A stretch of DNA of 64,000 nt, taken from assembly GCF_006345805.1 (NCBI RefSeq), contig NC_042997.1, positions 102,610,001 to 102,674,000 of the forward strand, in the 5' to 3' direction. A program made the translations under genes and the position numbers. Each line of letters begins with the position of its first letter. Positions within the stretch are counted from its first letter, which is position 1. Under the pieces are notes generated by a model that searched no databases, had not been told where the DNA came from, and saw nothing but the letters and a program-made list of their open reading frames with translations. This document shows, in pieces, positions 48,843 through 62,256 of this stretch. This stretch comes from Octopus sinensis. Taxonomy: Eukaryota.

Positions 48843-50396
48843 CTGAAAGATATCAAATATATCAAATTAATCATTACAATACTCCAGAGATATCGTAACA
48901 TATTAATATTATGTGTCAAACATTATGCCCAGAAGCATTTATATTTAATGATGATAGAAATTTGATAAAATCTACCAGGGGATATATCTAGAGAGATTTT
49001 GCTTGAATTATGTATGAGACCACTGAGGTAGTTAAATTTTGCTGAAAGTGATGAAAATAAACGTAACAAATTATAATTTATATGAGGCAACACACACACA
49101 CACGCACTATCACAAACACACACACGCATATAATATATATATAATAATATAAATGCTATATATATATATATATATATATGCATATATACATACATGTGTA
49201 CATACATATATATGTATATACATATGAATATATGGGTACAAGACGTCATAAAACGTAAACAACATGAAATACGAAAACATGGAAATACGAACAATGAAAG
49301 AAACAAATGGAAAACAAGACAAGAAACATAAAGAACGACCCTTCATCAGTTGTCGGCTGTTTATCTACTCCATATTTCGAGCAATTACGACAAGATGTGT
49401 CTTCGAGAAAACAGTTGCTCTCGCAGAGCAAAATAAAATTTGGGATTTGCGAAGGGTCAAAGTTTGTAACAAAAACAGGACAGTGAAAACAAACAGTAAG
49501 GGCTGCTAAGCCACAACAAGGTGAAGTGTGAATGCTGGAGGAACAAGCTTTGACAGGAGAAAAGATAGGAGATGAGACATATAAGAATGCGTGTGATCTG
49601 TGTGGCAGATCAAAAGAGAAGAAAGAAGCTCAAGTTAGGAAAAGATAGATGGCCAATGGTCACGTGTGAGCAACGAGAGAGTAAAACAAGAAGAGTGAGA
49701 GAGAGAGGAACAGATACAGAACGGTGAAGGGGAGTGGAGAAGAATAGGGAAGGGTGGGAGAGAAAAACAGAAAGGATGAAGAACAAGAGAGGGAGAGAGA
49801 TAGACAGAGGAGAAATAGTAAAGAAGAGTGCGCATCATGATTATTAAGATAAAACTTACTTGGAAAAGGATGCGTGGCGTTCGATCATATAATAATATAA
49901 ATAATATATAAATACATACATACATACATACATACATACATACATACATACATACATACATACATACATACATACATACATACATACATACATGTACATA
50001 CCTACATCTAAATGTATATACACATGCATATATGGGTACAGGGCATCAAAAAAGCGTTGAACACAATGGGAAACGGAAACATAAAAACAAAAACATGGAA
50101 ACGAACTTTTTTTTCAAACAACGAAAAAACAGAGTACAAGACATACAACACACGGTATATTCCCCTTCTTCAGTTGTCCTTGTTTCGTCTACTCCGCGTT
50201 ACGAAGACGCGTTACAAGACGCGACTTCGTTGAAACAGTCCTTCCCGCAAAGCAAATTAAATAAAATTTGAAATTTTTTGCGGAGGAGTAAACGTGGTGG
50301 CAAGAACAGGACAATAAGAACAAAACAAGACAGTAAAAACAATAAAAGTGAAAACAGTAAAAGACAGAACAAAGAGAATAACACATATAACAAGAG

Positions 50397-50489
<93 letters not shown>

Positions 50490-51254
50490 GTATTATCGAT
50501 GATATATTGAGAGAAATTTCTCAATATATGCGGATAAACAGTCTAATTTACATTTTGTATTAATATATATTATGAATACTTATTTTATTTATATCACAAT
50601 AAAACCATAGCAAATAATTTAATACAAGTAACATTTAAAGGAACATAAAATAACATAAAATAAGCATAAAAAGTACCTACACATGTTTCAATCTGTTCAC
50701 TAGGTAAACAGTGCTTCGGATCCCCAAGATTAGAACCATGTTAAGGGTTGTAGATGTAAAAATACCTAATTTACCAGATATCTTCAGGGCTGCCTATTGC
50801 AAAAGGCTAATGCTTACATATTTTTTCAGAGGAATTCAAATTGGTGGTAAAAACGTACTAAATGAGATAGTTGAGGACCACATATTCGTATGTTAAGTAT
50901 CCAAGTAATATAAACATTAAGTTGTTAGAAAAGAGAGGACGTCGAGAAAGTAATAGAGGGATGTATTAGCTAATCAAATCATGCTAAAAATCTATTAAGG
51001 ATTTGGAAAATAGACGGTTATGGGTTTTGAGGGACATTATGTAATCATTTAAAAAATATAGACGGTTAGGGATTATGAGAGACATTATGTAATTAGGGTA
51101 TGATATTGTGGAAGCGCTAAGTAAATAGATTGAATTAAAGAGAAGAATAGGGAGAGATAATATATAATATAATGTGTGTGTGTGTGTGTGTGTGAATGTG
51201 GTATGCAAGCATGTTCTCTTTCTCTTTCTATATGTATATATCTATACCCCTATA

Positions 51255-51420
51255 CTACGACCACTCGGAAGGCCTCCCCGATGGTGGAGTACGATTTGAG
51301 GAGGGTGATTGGGATCACGTGGATGAGAAAGACGCGATCCAGAGAGGAGTGGACAGCGTGCTGTGACCAGCGGTGTCAAATGGATGCCCGACGGACTGGT
51401 CAGTCAAGGTGATCAAGGTG
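51255..51420 (+). mobile_element. RTE LINE extreme 3' fragment
   Basis: [26 protein letters not shown] resembles the RTE C-terminal W...A.DR..W motif; short gatcaaggt repeats at the 3' end. Confidence 0.55.
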
Positions 51421-51551
51421 ATATCTATAGCCCGTGCCATTGAAGAAAAGAATATATTTCTGTATGTATGTATGTATGTATGTATGTATCCATCCATCCA
51501 TCCATCCATCCAACCATCCATCCATCCATCCATCCATCCATCCATCAATCA

Positions 51552-51640
<89 letters not shown>

Positions 51641-52070
51641 CACACGCGCGCGCGCACACAAAATAATCAGTTAAAATTTACCACTGTTACTTCACTTTAT
51701 GTGTCATAGTAATTAAATAATTCTCAGATGGCATTCCAGCAAAGAAATAGTTTTTCGATGAGACACAATCTACCATTTGTCAAAGCATGAAATTTAAAGT
51801 AAAGGAATAGTACATTATTTACATTTGACAGACAATTGTCCTCATCTTGTTATATCCGTCAAATGTAAATAATATAAATAATGTACGTAATTCCTCATCT
51901 CTTAAATATAGAACTGAAAGGAATAGTGGTCAACTCCTATATAACAATGAATCTATTTTACTCTATAATACGTATTGTGTACCCAGTCACACAGCATAGG
52001 TTTTGACAACGCTCTATGCAGTCCACACATTCCGCACATACCACGCTTTGCCACTTAATATAATATGTAT

Positions 52071-52123
<53 letters not shown>

Positions 52124-53180
52124 CTCTTTCTCTTTTTAATTTAGAATAAATTTTGACCGGCCGTCTGCTTGGTAGTAAGGTTGTGAAGAAAAGCATCTTG
52201 ATTTGTTCATCATCTTTTAAATCTTAAGGTCTTGCAGATTTTTATAGTGCATGTATGTACGTACGTACGTATGTATGTATGTATGTATGTATGTATGTAT
52301 GTATTTATGTATGTATGTATGTATGTATGTATGTATGTATGCCATTATTCAGTTTTATTTCAAGATTTCTTGTCAATGGAGAAAGAGCCGGTTTCTAACC
52401 TAGATTCAAGGCTCCTTCATTGGAATTTCAACATTAACAATAGAATATTTTTGTATGTATGTACGTATGTATATGTACAGATTTGTAAGTTTTTTTTTTA
52501 TGTATGTCTTCTCATGCATATTCTTGCATATCTAGACATGCTCATATATACTGAAATGTTAAACCTCTGGAAAGTTATACAGATTTTTACAGTTCCAGTG
52601 ATGGATTGGATCTGCTATAGTCTTTGAATTAGCTTTCTCCTTTCTGGTTTTGAGAAGCCTAATTTCTCAAGATTCGTATTTAGGCAGTTTGGTATATTTC
52701 CCCGTGCCCCAATAATTACAGGTATAAACCTGGTATGTATGTATATATATATGTAAGTATGTTAGGTCATTCTTACTGAAAACATGCAACCCAGTCCAAC
52801 TTGTCACATGGTCGGGTCGTCGGCAACTGCTAAACTGCCAATCGTATCGAGTTTGCTTGGCAAGGAGAGTGGTTTTCGTTGGATACCTAATAGCCGAAAA
52901 GCAAAACCTCTTAATAGACGGATGAACTCAGTAAAATCAACCACCATCTAACAGCTGAGAGTAAGACACGCCAGTCTTTAATTAGACATCTTTCCCAGAG
53001 AAGGAAAGCTCTGATATAACACCTGCGACTTCGTTTGCATCCAATGATGTAGACCAGTTCTTCTTTATGGGCAAAGGCTTACGTTGGTTGGAGAGTGGCC
53101 CGGTGCAAGGCCTTTCCTGACTTTGAGAAAAGCTTCAGGCACAGGCATTGCTTGATTTTTACCCATCTCTATCATGTGTT

Positions 53181-53405
53181 GGTGGAGGTGCGTGGCTTAG
53201 TGGTTAGGGTGTTGGACTCATGATCGTAAGATTGTGGTTTCGATTCCTGGACTGGCCGACACGTTGTGCTCTTGAACAAAACACTTCATTTCGCGTTGCT
53301 CCAGTCCACTCAGCTGTCAAAAATGGGTAATCTTGCGACGGACCAGCATCCAGTCCAGGTGAGGAATATATACGCCACGAAAACCGGGTAACCGTTCCTA
53401 TGAGT
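53181..53405 (+). mobile_element. tRNA-derived SINE (same family as 55791)
   Basis: Colinear with 55791-56037; A and B boxes present. A further decayed copy lies at about 61630-61770. Confidence 0.8.
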
Positions 53406-53631
53406 CTATGAATCGCGTAGGAACTAGACTTAGTCTTTTATTATGTGTTGCATGGCTAACCGTAGCCGAAAAAGGCAAAATACACACTGAAAAATTCCAG
53501 GATGGAATGAAAGCATGTGTCAGAGATGGTGGTAAGCTCTATGAAAACATGCTGAAGAAGTTCCCAGTAGCAATTCTGATGGGGAAATTTTTCGTTATTT
53601 CTGAAGTGCATGAACATTTGATACTTATTAT

Positions 53632-53729
<98 letters not shown>

Positions 53730-54853
53730 AATGGAGAAAGGGAGAAAGGGAGAGAGAGAGAGAGAGAGAGAGAGTGAGTATGTGTGTGCGTATAATAAGG
53801 TGCTTATTTAGTTTGTTTGTTCGTGAGTGTGCGCGTGCGTATTTATGTGTATGTGTATTTGCGCTTGCATATGTGTGTATTTGAATGGAGGGATCCTTTA
53901 TCCGCAGTAGCATGCATTTGGCGAGGAAATCAGTCCACTCCGGGTGATACTTTTATGAAGGCCAACTTTGGGGTCCGCTGCATAAGCCTGCATAAGCTGT
54001 GGCGCTCCGGGATGGAGGAGGCAAACTCAAGGGCTTCCCCTAGCAACACACTTTATCCCCGACATCCTCGTATCCAATTATTATAAAAACGTTCTCTGAA
54101 TAAGTCTGGTATTGGCATTTACTGAATGGAGCACACGTTATAACAGGTTAAAACTTATTGTAAAAATATTGAGTAATTCTTCAGTCTAATGTTAAATTGT
54201 TTTTGTATACAACTTGACATAAAACAAAAATTTACGTATGCTGAAAAGTTGCTGGCTTTAAGGGTATCATGAAAGACCTAGTTCGAGGCCTAACCTTCCG
54301 AGTTCTTTTACAGGGCTTACAAAAACTAAAGGACTGCTGAAATATGTGTGTGAATCTGAGAGGAGAATGTGTTGAATAAAATCATAATTAATTGATCCTC
54401 CTGTATTTTCTTTTAATCGAAGCCAAGAACATTTCAGCACTCCTCGTCTATATATATATATAAAAGTAAATAAATGGCACAACGAAGTACCGATATTTAC
54501 TGGAAAATAGCGAACGTAATAAATACGACGCTAATGTATAGCTTCACTGTGTATGTACTAACAAAAATGCGTGTGTGCAACAAACATGAAAAAAATTGTC
54601 TTACCTCTAGGGAGAACATCTGAAAAATGAAATACCTAGAAATGGATAATGCGGTACCGGTTTCAGATTTTTTCAAAATATGTCTGCCCACATATATTTG
54701 ATTTATCCTCATCAGCCACATATACCTCGACAATATTTCAAATGTTGCCACATCTATGCCAGTACACTCGACTGAACGCCAAAACGTTGACAGAACGAGA
54801 ACAGTGAAGAAGTTATATATATATATATATACATACATATATATAAGTATATA

Positions 54854-54913
<60 letters not shown>

Positions 54914-55085
54914 TACATACATACATACATACATACATACATACATACATACATACATGCATACATACATACATATGTGTGTGCGTGTGTGTGTGCATGT
55001 ATAGTATACATAGATGTAGATAATATATTGATGTATATATAAATATGCACGCACACACATATATGATATAATATAATAAAGTTAC

Positions 55086-55171
55086 CTATAGTCAATTTCT
55101 CCGTCTCCATCACGATCCATCTCATTCAACAAGAAAACTTTTTGGGCATCGTCTAATTTGAGTCCGATTGA
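55086..55171 (-). CDS. LRRC74-like protein, second EF-hand exon
   Basis: ttttcag acceptor and AG|gtaact donor. SIGLKLDDAQKVFLLNEMDRDGDGEIDY has a canonical DxDGDGxI EF-hand loop. Phase 0 to 2. Confidence 0.88.
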
Positions 55172-55790
55172 CTGAAAATTAAGATTTTATATAGAAAGTT
55201 AGTTAATGTATGCAGTTATATAAATCACATATAGTTATATAAATATGCAAGATTTTATATAGTAAGTTTCGAAGTTATTTGTTTATTCAAATTTATATAG
55301 TTATATAAATATGCAAGATATAGTTATATAAATATGCAAGATATAGTTATATAAATATGCAAGATATAGTTGTATAAATATGCAAGATTTTATATAGTAA
55401 GCTTCGAAGATATTTGTTTATGTGTAACAGAAGTAGTATTTATTTAAATTAGCAATCTGTGTATTAACTTAAAATAGATACAACCTGGAAACCCTAATTA
55501 ACTGCGGTACACGTCCTGATATTGTATCTCATATAAAGATACAGTGTTAAAAAAAACCCCAAAATATATCAGCATCAGCAACAGCAGCAGCAGAAAATCG
55601 TCCAGTAGAAATTGAAGCATTGCTAAATAGACATTTTCGCCTGTTTAGGTTTCGTTTGTAGTAAGTATCCTCTGGCAACCGCTTGTTAAACCAAAACCCA
55701 CTGTTACTGATATAGTAAAGCAATGATTGAAAAAACACCGATGTTGTAATTAGCTGGAGGGCTGAATAGAAATTCGTTACGTGCAATATA

Positions 55791-56037
55791 GTGTGGAGGC
55801 GCGTGGCTTAGTGTTTAGGGTGTTGAACTCATGATCGTTAGGTTGTGGTTTCGATTCCTGGACCGGGCGATGTGTTGTGTTCTTGAACAAAACACTTCAT
55901 TTCACGTTGCTCCAGTCCACTCAGCTGGCAAAAATGTGTAATTTTGCGACGGACCGGCGTCCCGTCCAGGTGGAGAATTTCTACGCCACTGAAACCGGGA
56001 AACCGGCTGTTATGAACCTGGCATGGCTCGAGAAGGA
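55791..56037 (+). mobile_element. tRNA-derived SINE with 12-bp target-site duplication
   Basis: A box (tggcttagtg) and B box (gtttcgattcc). ACGTGCAATATA is duplicated at 55779-55790 and 56038-56049. Confidence 0.88.
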
Positions 56038-56787
56038 ACGTGCAATATAAGCAGTATTTGTCTGAAATAGTTATCTGTGTATCACACTTAAAGCAAATAT
56101 ATCATTGAAAGCCTAAGCAACAACGGTATTTTCCTGAATCTCTTATAGACGTGTAGTGTTAAAAAAGCCCCAAGATATATCGAAAGCAGTCGTAAATCGT
56201 TCAGCAGTTGTGGTGGCATTGCTAGATGTGTATTTCGGTCGCTTTGGGCTTCGTCAGTACCATGTGTATATTGGCAACCGTATGCTGAGACAAAACCCGC
56301 CGTGAATTGCTTTCCCGGTGGAATTTCACTTCACTTATATCTCGTATCCTCTTATACAGTACTAGAAGTAAATCAAATCTTTGTTACTACTTCAATTGTT
56401 GAAAAAATATACACATATCACAGATAGAAAGAAAGAGTGAGAAAGAGAGAGAGAATATAATCCTTTCTAATTTTGCTACAAGGCAAATCGATTTCATTGA
56501 ATCCAGAGCTCCACTGGTACATATTTTATCGACCTCGAAAGGATAAAAAAGCAAAGTTAAGCTCGGCGGTATTTTAACTCAGAATATAAAAGATCCAGAA
56601 GAAAACGCCTCTAAGTATTTAGTCCGGCGTGGTAACGATTGACTTCTGACATAGGCACAAAGCTACACAGTTTTGGCGAAGGGGTATAGTCGATTAACTC
56701 TACCTCATAACTCAGCCGGTAATTTTGTCAATGTCATGGATGAAAGATAAAGATAACCTTGTTGGTTGGCAGTTGAAAAATCTTTAC

Positions 56788-57030
56788 CTCAATTCCTTTT
56801 ATAAACTCTTCATGCGTTACTGTCATACTTCCATCTTCATCAAAAGTACCAAAACAGTCAGCCAGTCGAATGTTATTGTCATCCAGATAACGCACTAATC
56901 TAGCCATAGGATGGATAACAGCCTTTGGTTTCTTGGGAGCCTCTTGACACCCATAAATGACTTTAATATCCGGGAGTTTTTCTTTGACTTTGTTCAAAAG
57001 ATCTTCAAAATCTTTGTCGACGTGTGTATG
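56788..57030 (-). CDS. LRRC74-like protein, first EF-hand exon
   Basis: ttctcactag acceptor and GAG|gtaaag donor. HTHVDKDFEDLLNKVKEKLPDIKV...IRLADCFGTFDEDGSMTVTHEEFIKGIE contains an EF-hand loop. 243 nt. Confidence 0.88.
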
Positions 57031-57077
57031 CTAGTGAGAAAAAAGAAAGAAACAATGATTTACAAAAAATCTATTGC

Positions 57078-57131
<54 letters not shown>

Positions 57132-57361
57132 ATCCCGCGCCAACGGTATTGCTGCAGAAGTAACAACAAGTTCAAATTTTGGCACAAGGCCAGCAGTTTT
57201 GGGGGTTGGGGTAAGTCGATTACATCGACCTCAGTGCTCAACTGGTACTTATTTTATGATCCCGAAAGGATAAAATGCAAAGTTGATCTCGCCAGAATTT
57301 GAACTCTGAACGTGAAGCCGGACAAAATACCATCACTTTGATGGAATGCGCTGCTCTTTCA

Positions 57362-57520
<159 letters not shown>

Positions 57521-57832
57521 CCTTCCTGCTATAGGCACAAGGCCTTAAATTTTTGGAGGGAGGGGAAAGTAGATTACATCGATTCCAGTACTTGACTGGT
57601 ACTTTATTTTATCGATTTCCGGAAAGATGAACGGCTAAGTTGACCTCGGCAGTATTTGCATTCAGAACGTAAAGACGTATTAAATGCCGCTAAGCATTTT
57701 ATCCGGCGTACTAACGATTCTGCCAGTTCGCCGTAATTGGACATAATAATAATAATAATAATGATAATGATGATGATGATGATGATGATGATGCTGATGC
57801 TGCTGCTGCTGCTGCTGATGATGATAATAATG

Positions 57833-57884
<52 letters not shown>

Positions 57885-58716
57885 TAAGGGTTTATCATAG
57901 CAGCTCAAGATCAATGCCTACCAACAAGAAACTACCAGGCCAACATATTAAAGAACGGCAGCAGCCCAACATGTCGTGTATGCCGACAACAAAATGAAAC
58001 CATTGATCATGTTGTCTCCAAGTGCAGTCTTCTAGCGCATACAGAGCATCTCAACAGGCATGATAAAGCTGCACAATATATTCACTGGGTAATTTGCAAA
58101 AACCTGGATTTGCCCCATGAAAAAACTGGTGGGAACACAAACCACATCCAGTGCTTGAAAATGACCACATCTCACTCCTCTGGAACTTCACCATTCAAAC
58201 TGACAGAAAGATAGATGCAAATATTATTATTGAAAGACTTCAGACAAAGAACATGCCTCCTCATTGATATGACTGTCCCAATCGATATAAACATATCTGT
58301 CAAGACCTACCAAAAACTGAGCAAACAAAGATCTTGAAATAGAAATCAGCAAAATGTGGAACCTGAAAACTAAAACAATACCTGTTGTCATAGGTGCCCT
58401 GGGAATGATAGCGCAAGGGGCTGATTGCTACCTAACTCAGATACCAGGAAACCCAAAAATGGCTGAAATTCAAAAGATAGTGCTCATGGGAACTGCTCAT
58501 ATCCTACGCAAAATACTTTCTATGTAATCTCAGGGGTTAAAACAAACATAATTTTCGGTTTTTTTTTGAACATTCACTAGTTCAACATCAACCCCCCCCC
58601 AAATATACGGCACACTAGGCATAACAACAACATGAACTTCCAACCTGTTGTCTCTTGAGGTCTCTGGGTGAGACTTGGAGCCAACTTGTACAAATATAAA
58701 GCAAAAGTCAAACATA

Positions 58717-58717
<1 letters not shown>
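57885..58717 (+). mobile_element. R4/Dong-type non-LTR retrotransposon 3' fragment (CCHC plus restriction-like endonuclease)
   Basis: Frameshifted ETIDHVVSKC...RHDKAAQYIHWVIC...LWNFTIQTDRKIDAN...LLIDMTVP...KDLEIEISKMW...IPVVIGALG. (TAA)n lies on both flanks. Confidence 0.85.
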
Positions 58718-58756
<39 letters not shown>

Positions 58757-58976
58757 TGTTGTTGTTGTTTCTGGCTGCCTAGTCCTCGCTGAAAAGGAGT
58801 ACCTCACAAGACATAACAGGTACAGTCCATATACCACGGAAAGCACTCTTCATCTAAAATAGAATAAATGTGGTGATAATTTTAGCATGCACAGCAAAAC
58901 AAAAGTGCCCTTGCTACACTTGGCCTCTGGACAATGCCCGGTACTAGGGCAGTTGAAATAAAGTATAATGAAAAGA

Positions 58977-59063
<87 letters not shown>

Positions 59064-59070
59064 CGAATAC

Positions 59071-59166
59071 CTGAAAATTCAAATGTTCAATGACTGAGTT
59101 CTGGTTGCGTAACACAGCTGCACAAATAGCATAACAACCGGAACCTTCCATTGGGTTTCGGATCAT
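59071..59166 (-). CDS. LRRC74-like protein, last LRR exon
   Basis: ataacag acceptor and CAG|gtattc donor. MIRNPMEGSGCYAICAAVLRNQNSVIEHLNFQ resembles the recalled LRRC74 motif (xNPMxxxGCxxIL..N..S.+E.L+FS). 96 nt. Confidence 0.85.
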
Positions 59167-59349
59167 CTGTTATAGAAATATAAATATGTATTATATTCGT
59201 TCAATACTCCTGAATACTTTGAATGTAACTCATGTATATACTGTTCTATATGTCTTTACCATAACATTTTCATAATTGTATATATATATATCGTAAGAAA
59301 GAGGGAGGAAGAGAATTTCGATTATCCCCACGCGGTGAATTGTAATGCA

Positions 59350-59398
<49 letters not shown>

Positions 59399-59489
59399 AT
59401 AATATATTCTGTTGTGTCTGGGGAGAGTAATTCTCTTTTAGTGCCTTATTATTTAACAAATCCAAAAACGAAATATATACATATATATA

Positions 59490-59549
<60 letters not shown>

Positions 59550-59880
59550 ATAAAAGAAGGAAAATGCACATAGTTTACAAAATTGCTAATCACGACATTG
59601 AAATTATTGTAATTTCATATTTTCTTAAGAAGATTTTAGTCCATACTGTGTGAAAGTTTGTGAGTTTGTGAATGAACCAACAAGTAGAAAAATCTAAGGG
59701 GAGGTAATTGGTGATCTTTATTATTCAGGACGGGGGAGGTAATTGTTATTTTTTTTTGATGAGGGGAAAAATAAATATACATGAATATACAAAAACTCAA
59801 AAGCTAAAGTAGTGAGATGAGATACGTACAGTGATGGGTATGTGATCATGAATTTAAATATGAACTGAAGTCAAAGTTGG

Positions 59881-60250
59881 TTATGCGCTCATATTTAGGC
59901 GTGTTCTGTCTTTTTCGATAAACAAATTTTCTTTGTTTAAACGTTCATGTACGGAAATTGTTTCTTTACACAGGTAGATGGGGAAAACTGTGAAGTTTGG
60001 TTGGATACTACCTGCACATCTCTCTATGCGTTCACTCAAAGGAATCTGTCTATTGTGGGAAACGGATCTATTCGTTATGTAGTGTGGTTCTCCGTCTCAG
60101 TGTCATATTTGTCTGTCCTATATAGTTATGCCCACAACATGAACAAGTTATAACATAAATTACATTTTCGGAAGCACAAGTGAAGTTGGTTTTAATTGTG
60201 AACCTCTCTCCTTGTTTGAATAGGAATTCCGAGCCGTCCAGAAATTGTCC
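59881..60250 (-). mobile_element. Penelope-like element, GIY-YIG endonuclease 3' fragment
   Basis: FTIKTNFTCASENVIYVITCSCCGHNYIGQTNMTLRRRTTLH, then after a break RQIPLSERIERC...FTVFPIY...ERLNKENLFI. Confidence 0.85.
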
Positions 60251-61373
60251 AACCAATTGGAAAGCTCGAAATTTATGGACGGCTCGGAATTTGTATATGT
60301 ATGTATATTTTCCCACCTAAAAAATGAACAATAACCTCCCCTGTCTCGAATAATAATAAAATATAATAAAAGCATTCTATTTTATGATGCTTAACAAATG
60401 ATAAAGATCTTGCAGAAACAATATTGTTGTGTCTTCGGTGAACCCTCTGGTTCAACCTCCAACGTATCACCACCAACATAACTTTTATAGATTTAGATAT
60501 CTTTGCAGTAATAAACGAAACCAAGTATTATTTTGCAGTTGGCTCTAATAGATTCCCTGCTAGTGTCTTGAAGGAATGCAAAACCAACTACTATTTAACC
60601 TCTATAAAAAATATTCTTTAGACATAAAAACAGGTGAGTCCGCTATATGAAAAAGTTTGAACAAATATTAATACGGAGAGAACGATAACACTGCAATATG
60701 CGTGATGATAGTCACTATTCACAGATGCATTGAAACAGCTGTAAAGACGGGTCATATGTAAAATAATGTAACAGTTCATGTAAATATAATTCCTACACTC
60801 ACAACTGGAGAGCTGTACCAAATCAGACTGGAACCGGGTACAGTTCTCCGGCTTACTAGCTCTAGTCAAACCGTCCAACCCATGCTAGCATGGAAAACAG
60901 AATTAAATGATTGTGATGATGAACTTGGCAGCTCATGTTAAAGGACAGGTCGAAAATTTTCCATTCAAAATTTTGTATGGTTTTAATAAATTTTCATGAT
61001 TTTATAGGTTAGGAATGTTCAGGGTCTTGTTCTATATTTATGCATATGTATATTTGTTTCCTTATTTGCGTGGGTTTGATTTTCACAAACGCAAGTTTTT
61101 GAGGCTCAAGTCATGTTAATTTTTAACACAAATCGACTTAATATTGAAACCTTGCATTACTATAACACTTATTGAAGTGAAGTTTTGATGTTTTATTTAA
61201 TATAGACATACAAAAATGGAGAGATAGATAGAAATAGAGAGAGAAAAAGAGAATGAGAGAAAGATAGAGAGAGAGAACGAGAGGGAGAGAGAGAGAGAGA
61301 ACGAGAGGGAGAGAGAGAACGAGAGGGAGAGAGAGGAGGAGACTGAGAGTGCATGAGAAAGTGAGAGACTAAC

Positions 61374-61452
61374 CTTTAGAACTTTAAGACTGCTATTGCT
61401 ACCTATTCCGAATGCGATCAACACGGAAGATTCAGCGTTAATTCGACAATTG
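61374..61452 (-). CDS. LRRC74-like LRR/EF-hand protein, internal LRR exon (upstream exons lie outside the window)
   Basis: ctttcag acceptor and AAG|gttagt donor. (S)NCRINAESSVLIAFGIGSNSSLKVLK fits a ribonuclease-inhibitor-type LRR. Phase 2 to 0. Confidence 0.82.
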
Positions 61453-62198
61453 CTGAAAGAAGTAGAAATGCTGGAGATATAGTGAGTAGTGAGTGTGTGC
61501 ATGTGTGTGTTTGCGTGTATGTGAAAGAGAGAAGGAAAGGGGAATGATATGAAAGGAAAGGGCTGATATGAACATACACATATGCACACGCACCCTGAAA
61601 ACGAACCAACATTTGCTCTTTGGACATGTGTTCAAGCGCGTAGCCAAGTGGTTAGAATATTGCACTCACGATATTGCAGTCGTGGTTTATATTTCCAGAT
61701 CGAGCTGTGCTTGAGCTTTTGAGCAAAACACTTTATTTCATGTTGCTCCAGTTCACTCAGCTGTAACTGTATACCCCCTCAGCAGATGGTGTCTCGTACA
61801 GGGGACATGTTGTGATCTCCCTCTCAGCAGATGGTGTCTCGTTCAGGAGGCATGTTGTGATCTCGGTCACTTATACGTCATGGAAACCGAGTTAGTGGTC
61901 CTATGAGTCCTCAGACTCGGGACAGTACTTATATATGATAAGGCATGGAAATGAATATCCCACCCATCATTTCTTTTGATAAAGCAGTTCATGCAGATAT
62001 TAGGTTATGGATTTTCTCGACTACATTAAGGAAGAAAACTGTAATTAATGTTGTAAAATTAGCGTGATACATTAAACTACCATATAAATACACACACACA
62101 CACACACACACATATTACATGCAGTTAAATCTATGTCCGGTCATAGAGTGACGAATGGTTTCGCATCCATAAAGGGGTTAGTCCCATGGACGGCTCGT

Positions 62199-62253
<55 letters not shown>

Positions 62254-62256
<3 letters not shown>

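Noticed and set aside
54555-54800. TACTAAC branch point and acceptor at 54610 suggesting a plus-strand exon
   Set aside because: All three frames stop within 13 codons of the acceptor, so there is no supportable coding exon.
55547-55786. 79-aa minus-strand ORF as an extra LRRC74-like exon
   Set aside because: Its acceptor would need phase 2, while the upstream exon ends in phase 0. Exons 56788-57030 and 55086-55171 already join into a clean EF-hand pair.
55795-55865. tRNA gene-like sequences (also 53183 and the SINE heads at 24640-24710 and 37150-37230)
   Set aside because: A and B boxes are present but they run into SINE bodies, one with a TSD. No complete cloverleaf was evident.
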